Shown here: in pieces, positions 50,784 through 64,000 of the stretch
How positions within the stretch are numbered: the stretch's first letter is position 1
Layout of the letters: the number at the start of each line of letters is the position of its first letter
Assembly: GCF_009914755.1 (NCBI RefSeq)
Contig: NC_060935.1
DNA length: 64,000 bases
Direction: 5' to 3' (one strand)
Origin: the human T2T-CHM13v2.0 reference genome, Homo sapiens
Notes under the pieces: generated by a model
Database searches by the model: none
The model's input: the letters and a program-made list of their open reading frames with translations, nothing else
Told to the model about the DNA's origin: nothing
Program-made: the position numbers and the translations under genes

Positions 50784-52104
50784 TCTATTTTTGTTTTCAA
50801 ATCTCTCTCTCTATTCAATTGATGGCACCAAGTGAGAGCAATAGGATTGGTCCAGAAACATCCTGCTGTCTTCAAGTATTCTCCTATATTCTCCCCAAAT
50901 TAAATTTTATGAAAATCAAACTTAAATAAAATTCAAGTGGCAAAGACCATCAGATCGTCATTAAGTACACATTGTTTTTGTTTTTTGTTTTTTTAAACTA
51001 AGAGTGGGGTTGAATTTCGAGTCAGGTTTACTATATTAACTTTGCATAAAATATTAAAATCTTTCATGGAAAATTAAAAAATGCTGCTCCAGACACTTTT
51101 ATTATTTATAACAATTTATGATCTCTCTACGTCTCCCACTGCTTTGTATGTTTTGTGAATTTAGCACTAAATTTTAACATAAAGATGGATTTTATTTCAT
51201 GTTGCACAAGGACTTGAATGCAAAATATTATGGTTTTCAGTGACTTTAATATTGAAGCATATGCCTCTAATTTAACTCCAAAGAGGACAGAAAGTCTCCT
51301 GACATCATCTATAAGGGTACAGCCACTCTTTTTCTCCAACTCATCTAAAATTTGGCAAAAAGCATCCTCCTTCCTGCCCCCAGATTTCATTGTCAATTTG
51401 CAGCCAAATGCAAATGATTTCATAGTGAATACACACATCCTTTTCTTTCAAGCAGAAATAGTAATTGTAGGAAATAAGAAAACATTTGCATTCTAATCTT
51501 TTTGTCAGTATCTGCTTCATCTGGACGAATGAGGCAAAGCTAACATAGCCAGTTTCTCTTATGAAATTCAAAAAAGAAATACTTTCCCAAAGTAGTTATA
51601 ATTTGTAATCAAAGTACAATTTAGTTATGTACATGTACCTTATTTCAGTGAATTCTAATCATATCTGAAAAAAAGAAATAAAAATATTTCTTTCAGCTGG
51701 CCAACAGCTAAATTTTAATTTTCTCCTCAAATTATATGTAAATTCTGTAAGCAGATAAATTGGGACTCAATATTTTTTGATCTTTAGGAAAGAATTGTAA
51801 TTTTATTTCAGATTTTCTTCTCTTAATAGACTTTAAAAAGTATCCTAGAGAAAACTTCATTAGTTCAGTCCCTACTAATATGAATTATAGATATATTTTT
51901 ATTGATTTTACTAATATTATATTTTCATGTCATTGGTAATAAAATTTTTGAGTTGAATGAAATCTCACAGATATTTGTACAGCTATGTTTGCTCTTTAAA
52001 AACAGTAATTTCTTTAAGAGTAGTGATTTTTACCATAGTGTTATTATATTTTATTTCATAAGTCAATGTTACTCTAATTTATTGAACACTTAGAATGTGA
52101 AAGT

Positions 52105-52335
52105 CATATTTATTAATGATTTTAAAGCCCATATAAAACACTGTGCATATATAATCTCCTTTAATACTCACAAGATCCTTATAAGATGGGTAATGCTATT
52201 TAACAGATGTGAAAGTGGAGGTTTAAAGTATTTAATTAGCTTCCCAAAGTCACCGAAAACTTAAGAATAAGATTCAGAAATTGAATCCCAGATTCTATGT
52301 CCCCAAAATTCAGGCTCTAATGGCTGTACCCTACT
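52105..52335 (-). mobile_element. MIR
   Basis: 'tttaatactcacaa...tttaacagatgtgaaagtggagg...cccaaagtcac...ttgaatcccag'. Confidence 0.75.
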
Positions 52336-52364
52336 TTGTAATACATGCAAATAAGGCATTCTAA

Positions 52365-52520
52365 TGCCTTACAACTCAGAGAACCGTGGGCCTGCAGCAT
52401 CCGTATCACCTGGAAACTTGTTAGAAATGCCAAATTTCAGATTTCACCCAGTATCGGATGAATGAGTCTCTGCATCCCAGGTAATTTTTATCACATTAAA
52501 ATGTAATTAATACTATTGTA
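52365..52520. mobile_element. MER5A-like (hAT-Charlie)
   Basis: 'gcagcatccgtatcacctggaaacttgttagaaatgc'. Confidence 0.75.
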
Positions 52521-52881
52521 GTACACACTGGCGGATTGCCTTCTTAGCCTTCATTTCATCCTTTCTCAGAATGTTCATAATTTTGTCATAGAAAGCTATA
52601 CAGTTCCAGCAGAGACAAATCCATTTCTAACTACACGATACCTACTAAACTCGTCCATACATTTATTCACAGTGAGCCTCTGGAGTTTTTGTGGGAATTT
52701 TTCATAAAAAAATTTGATTCCTTCTGGGCCAGTTGGCTAAAAGATGGATATGTGGGCTTAGATATGGTGATTCCAGTGGTGTGAGAAATAGACAGAAGTC
52801 ATATACTTTGGAGAACAATAAGCCATTATAGACATTTGAGAATTTCTCCTAAGAGGAATCTGTTTTAAGAGTGAGTAAGTA

Positions 52882-53205
52882 GGCCAGGCGCAGTGGCTCA
52901 CGTCTGTAATCCTAGAACTTTGGGAGGCCGAGTCGGGTGGATCACCTGAGGTCAGGAGTTCGAGACCAGCCTGACCAACATGGTGAAATCCTCGTCTCTA
53001 CTAAAAATGCAAAAAAATTAGCCAGGCGTGGTGGCAAGTGCCTCTAATCCCAGCTACTCAGGAGACTGAGCAGGAGAATCGCTTGAACCTCGGAGGTGGA
53101 GGTTGCAGTGAGCCAGGATGGCACCAAAGCAAGCACTCTAGCCTGGACAATACGGCAAGACTCCGTCTTAAAAAAAAAAACAACAACAAAAAAAAACCAA
53201 AAAAA
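52882..53205 (+). mobile_element. AluSx
   Basis: 'gatcacctgaggtcaggagttcgagaccagcctgaccaac'. Confidence 0.93.
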
Positions 53206-53332
53206 GCGTAAATACATGTGCCTGTTCTTGTGTGGTGCATGTGGCAGGGTAGGGCAGTAAGCTGGATTAACATGGTCAAATTTTGAGGAACACGCTAGCT
53301 ATAGGATTCAGTATTAATTAAGAGAACAACAG

Positions 53333-54310
<978 letters not shown>

Positions 54311-56049
54311 CCCACAGCTAGACTCCAAGTTCAAATACACGCTCATCTCTCGCCAGTACTTTTTGTTCTTTATCATTACATATCTAGACTATATTTCTTC
54401 CTTTAAAAAGTAGCTAAGGCAAAGCTTTCTCCATTCTAAATAGTCCTTTCCCTGAAATTACTCTCAGTATTTCTGAGGTTTTACTGATATATGATGTAAC
54501 CAATTTGGAAATGTAGGCACGTTTTTTCTACTTGAAACATAATTTTAGTGTGGGTAAATTTTCTAAAGGGAAAATATGACCTATAGTCAGATCTATGAGA
54601 AAAGAAAAGAATCTTGTAGATTGACTTCTCTACTGCTCTATTAATTGTTAATTATCACTAATGAGAGGGAAGTAGGATTTGCTTTATATCTGATCAGCTC
54701 GTAAATCAAGATCATGTAGAATGCTGGTCCGTGTGAATGCCAGCCAGCTCTCTCCAGTATGAAACCTCAACCTAGTTGTTGTTTCAGCTTTTTTCAGAGA
54801 GGTTTCTAAATGCTGAAGTGCTCATAATACAGTCTACTAAATTCTGAGCTCCAAATCCCGAAAGATTAGAATTGGCTGCAGTAAAACTGGAAGATTTTTT
54901 TTCCTTCCCGTAAATGATCTTAGAGGGAATTTTTGAGTCTCTGAAAAATTCTCTATGGAAGAATTGTGTGGACAGTGACCTCACATGTGTCTTAAAATCT
55001 CCATGGAAGCCCAGGAATCTCTAAACATATCGACGGGGATATCAGCATTTAATTTCTTATTACCCAGAGGCTTTCCAGAGGACACGACATACCCATTTAT
55101 TTTGTTTATGTTGTTTTTGTTTTTAAATAGTAGGCAACGTTGAAGAGACAAGACGTTGACGAAACTGTTCTGACAAATAATTGACACATAAATGAAACAT
55201 TAATTTAAGTTGTTCCAAATGCTCTTACTCCTCAACAGATGCAATTTTTTTAGGAATAAAAATAATTGTGGAACTGCCATAAAAATATCAGCAAACAAAG
55301 AGGGTAAACTTCATTTCTGTTTTTCTATGTTTCTAAAAGAATAAGTATGGCTTAAAATTACATTAAAGTAGGCAGCTCCCATGCTGTCTTTTTACTGGTT
55401 TAGCTGAAAAGCCTGCTCTAAACTGTAAATTAAGAAACAGCATATAAAAGAAGAAAATGTACCCGTTTTGGATTGGCAATGAAAATATCATATACCGTCT
55501 CTTTCCATGCAGTTAGACCTTTCAAGAGGCTGATTTTTGAATTCTATTTTCATGAAAGCAATATGAATCTGTTAGACCAACTCTGCGTATATACTGAGTG
55601 TTCTGCTTGAATGCTGATATTTTCTGTTCTGGAATATGAATACAATGGATAATCTGTTTTCTGAATTGGATGACTGGAATTCCCCTAATTAAAAAAAAAG
55701 AAAAACACAGAGATAAGATACTACATTTATGTATTCTAGAAACATTGTGACATTTTTGTTTTCTAACAGGTGGAAAGGGAGAAAGACCTTTAATAAACTA
55801 GAATTTTTTCTAATTATGAGGGAGCAAAGTAAAAGTTTTAAAAGTTGTCCTAACTTTAAAACATTTGTAGTTTTTAAGTTAAAAGTGACCTTAAATAGTA
55901 ATCTTATAAACTAAAATTATTCAAACATTTTTAAAAATTATTTTATGAGTATTTATGCTAATCTCAATCCGAAATTGTATTCAGCAGAGGTTGAGACTTC
56001 ATAGTGATTTTTTTGTTTGTTTTAAATACGAAAGGAAAGAAAAGAAGAA

Positions 56050-56260
56050 ATATAGTATTTATTGCAAGGCTCGCTAGACTAAATTTTTACCTATGTTACA
56101 TAATCTTTGTAAGAATATTGGGTTATAGTAGTATCTCAATTTAAAGAACTGAGAATTGAGGAAAACTAAATTTCAGAAAAGTTAAATATTTTTTACCTAT
56201 GGTCCCTGAGGGGCAAGGTAATGGAGTAGTATTTGAATCTAGGTTTGTCTGGCTGAATAG
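56050..56260 (-). mobile_element. MIR
   Basis: 'gaggaaaactaaatttcagaaaagttaaat...atttgaatctaggtttgtctggct'. Confidence 0.65.
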
Positions 56261-57433
56261 TTCCACCCATGTTTTTTAGATTGTTAGGGCAAGCTGGGGC
56301 CAAAAGATCTATCTGCTCACCAATAAAATCCTATAAGAGCATCAACTAAGGACATGAGTGTAGACGTTAACCAAACGATTTAGCCTAACAAAACAAGCAC
56401 TACTTTTCCCTAGGCCTCCAATGATATTTTTGGGTATTATTCGACAACATGCCATAAAGAGCAAATGTTCATTGAGGCTGACCAATAATACTCAATAATT
56501 TCATTTCACCAACTGTTTAGTAAGTAGGGTTTTTTAAATCCATTACTATATTTGGAATAATGGAGAGACAATAATAATTCAAGGCACAATTCCTGCCCCA
56601 GAGAAGCTCAGCACCTCACTAGACAAAGGAGATATACAAATATGCAGAGATAATCAAAGAGTTGGAAATATGTCAACCAGAGCATTACGATGTGTAAGCA
56701 AAGTTGAAATAAATAAAAATATTACTGGGTATCTCAAATATGTGTTAAAGTTATGTATATTTTTTAGCATATATTCTTCCTGATTATCTGATTCTAGTAT
56801 TTCACTGACTTTGAACTGTTCACAAGTTACAAAAAACTCTCGAAGGCATGGATCATGGTAAAACAAAATGATTATTTTTTTATAGATGTGAAAATGATTT
56901 TTGCTGGTAAAGTTTCAACTGACCTCCCTCCATCACTGTGTTAGAAGCCAGTTTCCCTCCACTTGCAAATTCACGGTAATATTTCTGATTTTAAAATGTG
57001 TCCATGCCTGGCATTGTCTTTTGAACTAGTTGTAACATCTTAACAGTTTACTCATTAATAATAAGTTAATTCCATTTTTATCATATGCTTATTTTATTTC
57101 TATATAAGATGTATGATTATACCTTTTTCTTAAAATTATCCTTCAACAAATGTAATATAAACATTCTAGCTTGGTTTCAAGAGATTACAAAGGGACAAAT
57201 TATTTTCTCTGGCTTTGTAGAAGAGAGGTGGCAATATATATATCCTCTTGCAGACTCAATTTTTAAAACTATATTATTGAGATAAAAGACACCATTTTCT
57301 GTAAAGAAATGCATCAGTCATCTCCCCATTATGATACATTCAGTCAGGCTACACATATTCTAATGGTCTGCAAACATATATCAGTGAGAAGTGAACTGAT
57401 ACTTCTCACATCTCTTTCATGAGTTGGATTTAA

Positions 57434-57460
57434 ACACACACACACACACACACACACACA
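57434..57460. repeat. (AC)13 microsatellite
   Basis: Perfect run. Confidence 0.95.
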
Positions 57461-57680
57461 GGATTACAGAAGCATAAACTGCAACACTTTAACTACTAAA
57501 GTATTAAAGTGGAAGGATATTATCCTTCCACATTTTCAAATAAAATGAAATAAGAACACTAAATCATTCTGTCAACCTGTTAGTATTAATAAGATTTAGT
57601 TTCTCAGGGAGACTTTTTATTAATAGTTTCAAATTTCTCTTTGATTTGAGAAATAACACAAATATTTTTCTCATTATTAC

Positions 57681-57799
57681 CTTCTCTCTCTGTTCTTAAG
57701 ATGTTGCCACGTTGATTTTTTTTTCTCATGAGCCTTTGAAGAGAGCAGCCCTGTCTCTCTTGAACGTCAGATACAAAATGACTTGGCAACACCAGAAGG
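57681..57799 (-). other. Candidate internal exon (unvalidated)
   Basis: Acceptor 'tttccttcctctgtcaaag|' and donor 'GAAG|gtaata'; one frame is open throughout. Confidence 0.22.
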
Positions 57800-58884
57800 C
57801 TTTGACAGAGGAAGGAAATTTTTCTTTTTAGTACTCATCTATTTAATAACTGTTTCCATTACCTCTAGCAGTATTTTCATTCCTTTCTTCCTGCAGAAAC
57901 AATATCCCGTGATAGTAGAGAAAATTACAACAAATTGGTTTATTTTCCTCTTACAAAATCTGTGTGTCTATCAAACCCTGAGTTATTATTTACAAGTTCA
58001 AGGACATTCTTCAAACTTTTAAGTTCACATCTTAACCCTATGCAGGAACTCAAGTAACTTGTTAGTGCCATCAAAAATCATTAAACATTCTAGCAGATGC
58101 TTGTGGAAGGCCTAATTCAAAGCAACTGAGCAAGAAAAGGACACACAATAAAAGAGGGAGAGGAAAAATAAGTGCAGTCTACATAAATGGGGCTTCCTGG
58201 AGTTGTGTAGAAAACATTGAACAAGAGTATAAAGAAAACAGAGGATGGCACCCCCTTCGTGTCATCATGGACTCATTCCTTTGGCAAATCAAGATTAAGA
58301 TTATAAATTGATTATCTTTTTCTGCATATATAAATAGTTCAACTGATTCTCACAATCTAAGTGTTTTTTTCGCTCAACCAATTGGCTATAAATTGACTCA
58401 TTTTCTAACAAATCAGTAAACTATACATATAAAGATAGATATAAATACATTCATAACGTATTTTAAACTTAATCTTTACCAGTTTACAAACTATGGTTTG
58501 GTATATGTCACAAAAACACACAGACACACTGTAAAGGGTGTAGATAGTTATTCAATTGTTTTATTAGTCATTTGCTAAAGAATATGTATTACCCATGTGA
58601 GAAGAAAGGCTTGAGTTAGCCCAAAGAAGAGTCATTTGGGTGTTGAAAATTGTGTGTCCCTTGAGAATAAAAACTGTATCTCTTAATACCAGAATAACAC
58701 TTCATATCAATGAGTTTAGCAACCCTCATTAAAAATTGTATGTAAGCCATTCACAATAATAAAAATCTCCAAAGCCTTAAGACATCAGCCTTCCCAGGGC
58801 TTAAAGCCTAGAGAAACTGAAATCATCTTAGAAATCAAATCATCTGCATCATCTCTCTCTCACTTTGAACTTTAATATCATAGT

Positions 58885-59010
58885 TATTAAGAGACCAGAT
58901 ATCTGATAAGCCTTACATATCTTTTCATCCCTAACACTTAGCTGTGATATCAGCTCAGGAAAGACCTTTAACTCACCATATCAGTTTCTTCATCTATAAA
59001 AGGGTAGATT
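58885..59010 (+). mobile_element. MIR
   Basis: 'cacttagctgtgat...tcagtttcttcatctataaaaggg'. Confidence 0.6.
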
Positions 59011-59115
59011 TCTATTCACCGAGCCCCGTCTCCATTCAAAATCTAGGGTAACTTCTTAAACGTTTTTTAATTTGCATTTTTAAACAGAAACTGCTTTTAG
59101 AAATAATCCTAACAA

Positions 59116-59445
<330 letters not shown>

Positions 59446-59518
59446 CTAACAAAACATTCTGTCTCTACAGCACAGGCTTAGAAGTAAAAATGTTTTAATT
59501 TGACATTTGTGTCTATAG

Positions 59519-60233
59519 TGAGAAATAAAAATGAAATCCTAAGTCCCTGAAACTGACTGAATGGACCACCTGTTGGCCAACGGAACCCCAGAGTAACCTT
59601 GAAAACCAAGTCCTTGGCCATGATGGGCCATACCTCACTATACCTGCTCTATTGCTAACTGTGCTAAGGGCCATTAGGCTTTCTTCCCTAAGAGCTAAAC
59701 AGAAATCATCCCTTTCAAAAGAGTCTCTGCTCCTCTGATTTTAACCAACCACCTGATGCTGCTCCTCCCTTTTGCAGTTTCAACAAAACAATTGGCCAGC
59801 ATTTCTTCCTGATAAGAGACCACAGACCATGGCGTGGTTCTGGCTTGTCTATGGAGGTTGCATGGTAAGGGTTTTTGTGTCCTTTTTGAAATCAGAGGGC
59901 CAAAAACTCTACCTTTGGATTATGCTAACACTGCCATTTTTGAACATAAGACCCATGTAGGGTCATGAAGCACAACTGTGCATGTGCAAATTTCTCCTTT
60001 CATGAATATTTACGCTATTTTTGCTATAGCTTACTCAATATGTATATTTAGCCACCCTGCTTAGCACAAATTCCTATTCCCTTTGCCCCTCTCTCAAAGG
60101 GTCTGTTTTTGGCTTCTGGCAGAAGGCTATGCTTCCCAGCCTGTCAGAATGGCCACTCTGCAGGCTACAACACTTCATGAGAAATAAGGGTCTCTTTTTC
60201 AAATTTACTAACTTCATCATTCTTCAGTTGACA
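59519..60233 (+). mobile_element. MER39-like ERV1 solo LTR
   Basis: tgagaaataaaaatgaaatcctaag...cagttgaca; exact 4-bp TSD atag. Confidence 0.88.
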
Positions 60234-60980
60234 ATAGTAATAATACAGAACAGCTGGACTCCTGGCTAACCACCGCCCCCCCCCCCCCACCCCCCACTCT
60301 TAAGCCTGGAACCGCAGCCTTAAGTGAAAACAGCTGACCCCATTTTTGACCCCCCACCCCCCACCCCCCCCCGCCCCCAATGTTGCCTTTTTGACCTGCC
60401 ACAACCCTATCCTGTGCCCATAAAAAGACTTCAGCTGTCAGAGCAACACAAGTGGCTGAGCATAAGGGACACAAGTGGCTGAGCAGTGAGCAGAGAAACA
60501 GTAAATGAGCATCAGAGACTACAGATAGACGCAGCTAACTTCAGAGAGTGTGGCTTCAGGGAAACATCACCTTCTTCCCAAACTAGCCCCTTTCCAATTC
60601 CCCATCCCACTGAGAGGCACTTTTACCGCCCAATAAAATCCTTCGCATACACTACCCATCAATTGGTTCATGTGACCTGATTCTTCCTGGATGCTGGACA
60701 AGAACCCGGGTGCTGAAAGGGTAAGGGCTTAGACACTGCTGCAGAGCCCGTACAAAGTGTGCTCTGCCAGAGAGGAGTATGGATAATTCCTCTTCTCTAG
60801 GCTCTCTCTGCATCATGGGTGCTGGAAACTGCTGGTTCCAGTGTTTGTTTCCTCTGGTTCCCACACTCGCTTACACACTCCTGCTTGTGAGAAGTGGCCA
60901 GCAGTGGGCTGACTGAAATTAGCTACTCCAGTTTCCACCCACTAAGGGAGTCAATGTCAAGGGAACAATCCCATGTCATC

Positions 60981-60998
60981 TGGGGGCCCGTCCAGGAT
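60981..60998 (+). promoter_or_regulatory. Primer-binding site, tRNA-Pro type
   Basis: tgggggcccgtccaggat matches 16/18 of TGGGGGCTCGTCCGGGAT and sits 2 nt after the 5' LTR. Confidence 0.85.
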
Positions 60999-61719
60999 AC
61001 GAAAAAGGGTGAGTTAAAAATGCGGAACTGTCAGCTCTGTCTCTTTGCCAAGACCCTGCCACCTCTTTCTTTCCTTCAGGTAAATGGAATGTTGGCTCTG
61101 TTTCCCTTCACAGAGGTCTAGCCAGTCTGAACCAGGGGAAGGATAGGTGATTAAAGGAACCCATTTCCACAGAGCAAGAGGCTCTTCCCCAAGATCCCTC
61201 TATTTGATGCACTTTAAGTTGTTTTTCTTCTTTTTTAAGCAAGAGAGTTCTCTTGCTGCCTCAGCACTCTGCTTGTGATAGGGAAACGTCAGAGGAGCGA
61301 CCCATGCTGGCTGTTATCTATAAACTTGGCAAAGCCCATTTGGGACACAACCTAAATGAATCTATGTATCCCCTAAACACCTTTTTGTCCCAAACTCAAT
61401 TTCAAGCTTCAGGTTGAGGCCCTAGAAAGGAAAACCAGATCTGAGGGATCCAAAGCCAGGCAACATGCACAATGTAAATGGGCAAGACAAATTCTTGCCA
61501 ATTAAACCCCCACTTCATAGGAGGAGGCCATGCTCTATGGCATAAATGAGGCCCAGGGAACTCAAAGGTTGTCAATCGTGGGAGAGGTAGAGGTATAGGT
61601 GAGTGTGGATAATTCCTATTCTCTAAGCCCTCCCTGCATCATGGGTGCAAACCACATTAGTACCCATGGGTGGCACCTGCCAAGGTCACCAGGACTCAGG
61701 GATGAAAAGACAGAAGAGA

Positions 61720-62008
61720 GGCTGGGTGCAGTGGCTCACGCCTATAATCCCAGCACTTTGGGAGGCCGAGGCAGGCGGATCATGAGGTCAGGAGATCGAG
61801 TCCATCCTGGCTAACACGGTGAAACCCCGTCTCTACTAAAAAATACAAAAAATTAGCCGGGCGTGGTGGCAGACGCCTGTAGTCCCAGCTACTCAGGAGA
61901 ATGGCATGAACCTGGGAGGCGGAGCTTGCAGTGAGCCGAGATTACGCCACTGCACTCCAGCCTGGGCGACAGAGCGAGACTACGTCTCAAAAGAAAGAAA
62001 GAAAGAAA
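61720..62008 (+). mobile_element. AluY inside MER50 internal region
   Basis: 13-bp deletion at cagga..cagga; (GAAA)n tail; exact 16-bp TSD gaaaagacagaagaga. Confidence 0.95.
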
Positions 62009-63469
62009 GAAAAGACAGAAGAGAAAGAGGGATGCCCACTTTCTTCCTCACACCCTGAGTTTTTGCTGAAAGAAGGAAGGAAATGAGGAATGCTGAATTC
62101 CCTGTCTTTCAGAATGGGCAACCAACAAACTTTACTGCCTCTAATTTATACTCAGAAATGGACCTTAGAACCAGATAGTACTTTAGAAGACCTCCTGAAT
62201 GTGACCACCTTAGTCTTTTAGACACAATAAATATGCAGAAGCTTTAATGGCCTAAGCCCACAAACCCCAGAATGCCTAAGGTTCTCCTGTTAACTGCTAC
62301 AGATGTGGCAAGAACAGTTATCTCTCTCATAACATTTAACCACTCCCACACAAGGCTTAATTTCTTTCACCAGGGTGAGACAACTCAGAATACAATGTTG
62401 TCAGTATATTTCACTTCTTATTTCTGTACTTTTTGTCACTAGATTATTTCCTTGTATAACACACATGTTTGATCCATACTTAACCTTGTAAAGCTTGTTT
62501 TTTCTTTTGCCTAGAGGCCATCGAGACTTCAAATGTGCAGGCAGCCGGAGCCTCGGATGATGGCTGCCTTTTGCCGGGGACCCTTGGGCAGACCTCTTGG
62601 AGGAATCCGACTGCGATTTTCCCCAAACAACGTCCCCTTTTAGCAGGAAGTAGCTAAGACCAGTCATCATCTATATTCTAACGGCAGTTAGATGTGCCTC
62701 TTCAGAGGGGGAAATGATACAGAACAGCCAGGCTCCTGAATAAACCCCACTCTTAGGCCTGGAACCACAACCTTAAGTGAAAACAGCTGGCCCTGTTTCT
62801 CCTGCCCAAATGTTGCCTTTTTGGCCTGCCACCCCTTATCCTGTGCCCATAAAAGGACTTCAGCTGGCAGAGCAACACAAATGGCTGAGCATCAGGGATA
62901 CAAGCTGCTGAGTGTTGGGCATATACGCGGCTGAGTAGCGAACAAAGAAGTAACAACTGAGCATTGGAGACTATGGATAGATGCAGCTAACTTCAGACAG
63001 TGTGGCTTCAAGGAAAGATCACCTTCTTCCCCTTTCCCCATCCCACTAAGAATCACTTTTATCAGCCAATAAAATCCTCTTCATACACTACCCTTCAATC
63101 CATTCACGTGACCTGATTCTCCCTGGAACCTGGACAAGAACCTGGGTGCCGAGAGAGTAGGGGCTTGGATGCTGCTGTAGGGCCCACACACAGCATACTC
63201 CCACCAGAGAGGTGTTACCAGCCGGTTCCAATGTTCATTCCTTTCGGTTCCCACACTAGCTTGCTCACACACTCCCTCTTGTGAGGACTTGCCAGCAGTG
63301 GGCTGATTGAAAATAACCACTCCAGTTCCTGCCCAAGAAGGGGATCAAGGTCAAGGGAATAATCCAATCTCAGTAACACATGAAGAAATTATCTGTAGTA
63401 AGATGAAAACTGTCTATGAAGGTGTTAGTGGGCTCGACATATAGTATCGACTAAGTTAATTGTTGTTTA

Positions 63470-64000
63470 TGTTGGGGTAAAGAGAAGGCGTCCCCCTTGC
63501 TTTCAGGACGTTCACTGAAAAATCAATTTTCAACAAGGCAGATTAATAAGAGAAAAGGCATACAAATGTATGTAACCATGTGCATGGGGAGAATCACAGA
63601 GTGATTACCTAATATCCCAGTGGGGCCCAAGCACTTATATAAGCTCTTTTCAGAGTGGAGGGGGCAGATGGCAAGTATAGGTAATTCTATTAATGGGCAT
63701 TAAATGATTGCTAAAGAGAATAAATGGATACTCAAGAGAATGAATGGATGGGGGAACAGAGAGTGACTTGTAAATGGTTCTCCTTAGAAGCTGAATGAAC
63801 CTGAGAGGCAGGCATTTTTTGGTGAAAGACTTGGGCCAGGTCTGGTTACATTGTTCCTCTGCTTTCCTGCAACAGATAATGAGATAACAGGGAACAGAAG
63901 GAAGAACAATTGTTCTTCTTGGTGGATCTCTCCAGTCTTTATGTAGATGGGGAAAAGTCTGTTCCAAGGCCTGTTGATCTCCGAGGGTTTTTAAGTCAAA
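63470..64000 (-). mobile_element. MER67/MER31-like ERV1 LTR (runs off the window)
   Basis: 'cactgaaaaatcaa...aaggcagattaataagagaaaaggcatacaaat'. Confidence 0.75.

Larger units (their letters stand above)
60241..63372 (+). mobile_element. MER50-like ERV1 provirus (LTR 60241-60978, internal 60979-62714, LTR 62715-63372)
   Basis: Two homologous direct LTRs, a PBS, PPT 'agagggggaaa', an env-tail remnant near 62465-62535 and an exact 4-bp TSD gtaa. Confidence 0.9.

Noticed and set aside
51127-51438. 103-aa minus-strand ORF (MKSGGRKEDAFCQILDELEKK...)
   Set aside because: Looks protein-like but matches no family I know; no convincing splice or promoter context; overlapped by similarly long ORFs in other frames.

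Overview
Primate genomic DNA, most likely human or great ape, judged from near-consensus AluY copies. It is AT-rich, has no CpG island and contains no protein-coding gene I can recognise, so it reads as intergenic or deep intronic/lncRNA sequence. Roughly half is transposable-element debris: about 25 Alu/FLAM copies (J, S and Y ages), a near full-length old L1MA (-), an internally deleted L1PA (+), a full THE1A MaLR provirus, MST/THE1/MLT solo LTRs, a near full-length Tigger1 carrying a MER1A, MER8/MER20/MER5A, L2/MIR/L3 relics, and a terminal ERV1 cluster (MER39 LTR, MER50 provirus with a tRNA-Pro PBS, MER67/MER31-like LTR). Almost all ORFs in the track are repeat-derived or chance. Repeat subfamily names come from my recall of consensus sequences, not a database search. 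I found no convincing novel multi-gene system. The best leads are: (1) an Alu half fused to a 207-bp copy of DNA lying 3.1 kb downstream; (2) a very young, possibly polymorphic AluY; (3) two frame-compatible candidate minus-strand exons (57799-57681 and 21686-21577) that could belong to a spliced lncRNA or microprotein, the first overlapping a ~90-nt hairpin; (4) motif-rich unique blocks that may be enhancers.
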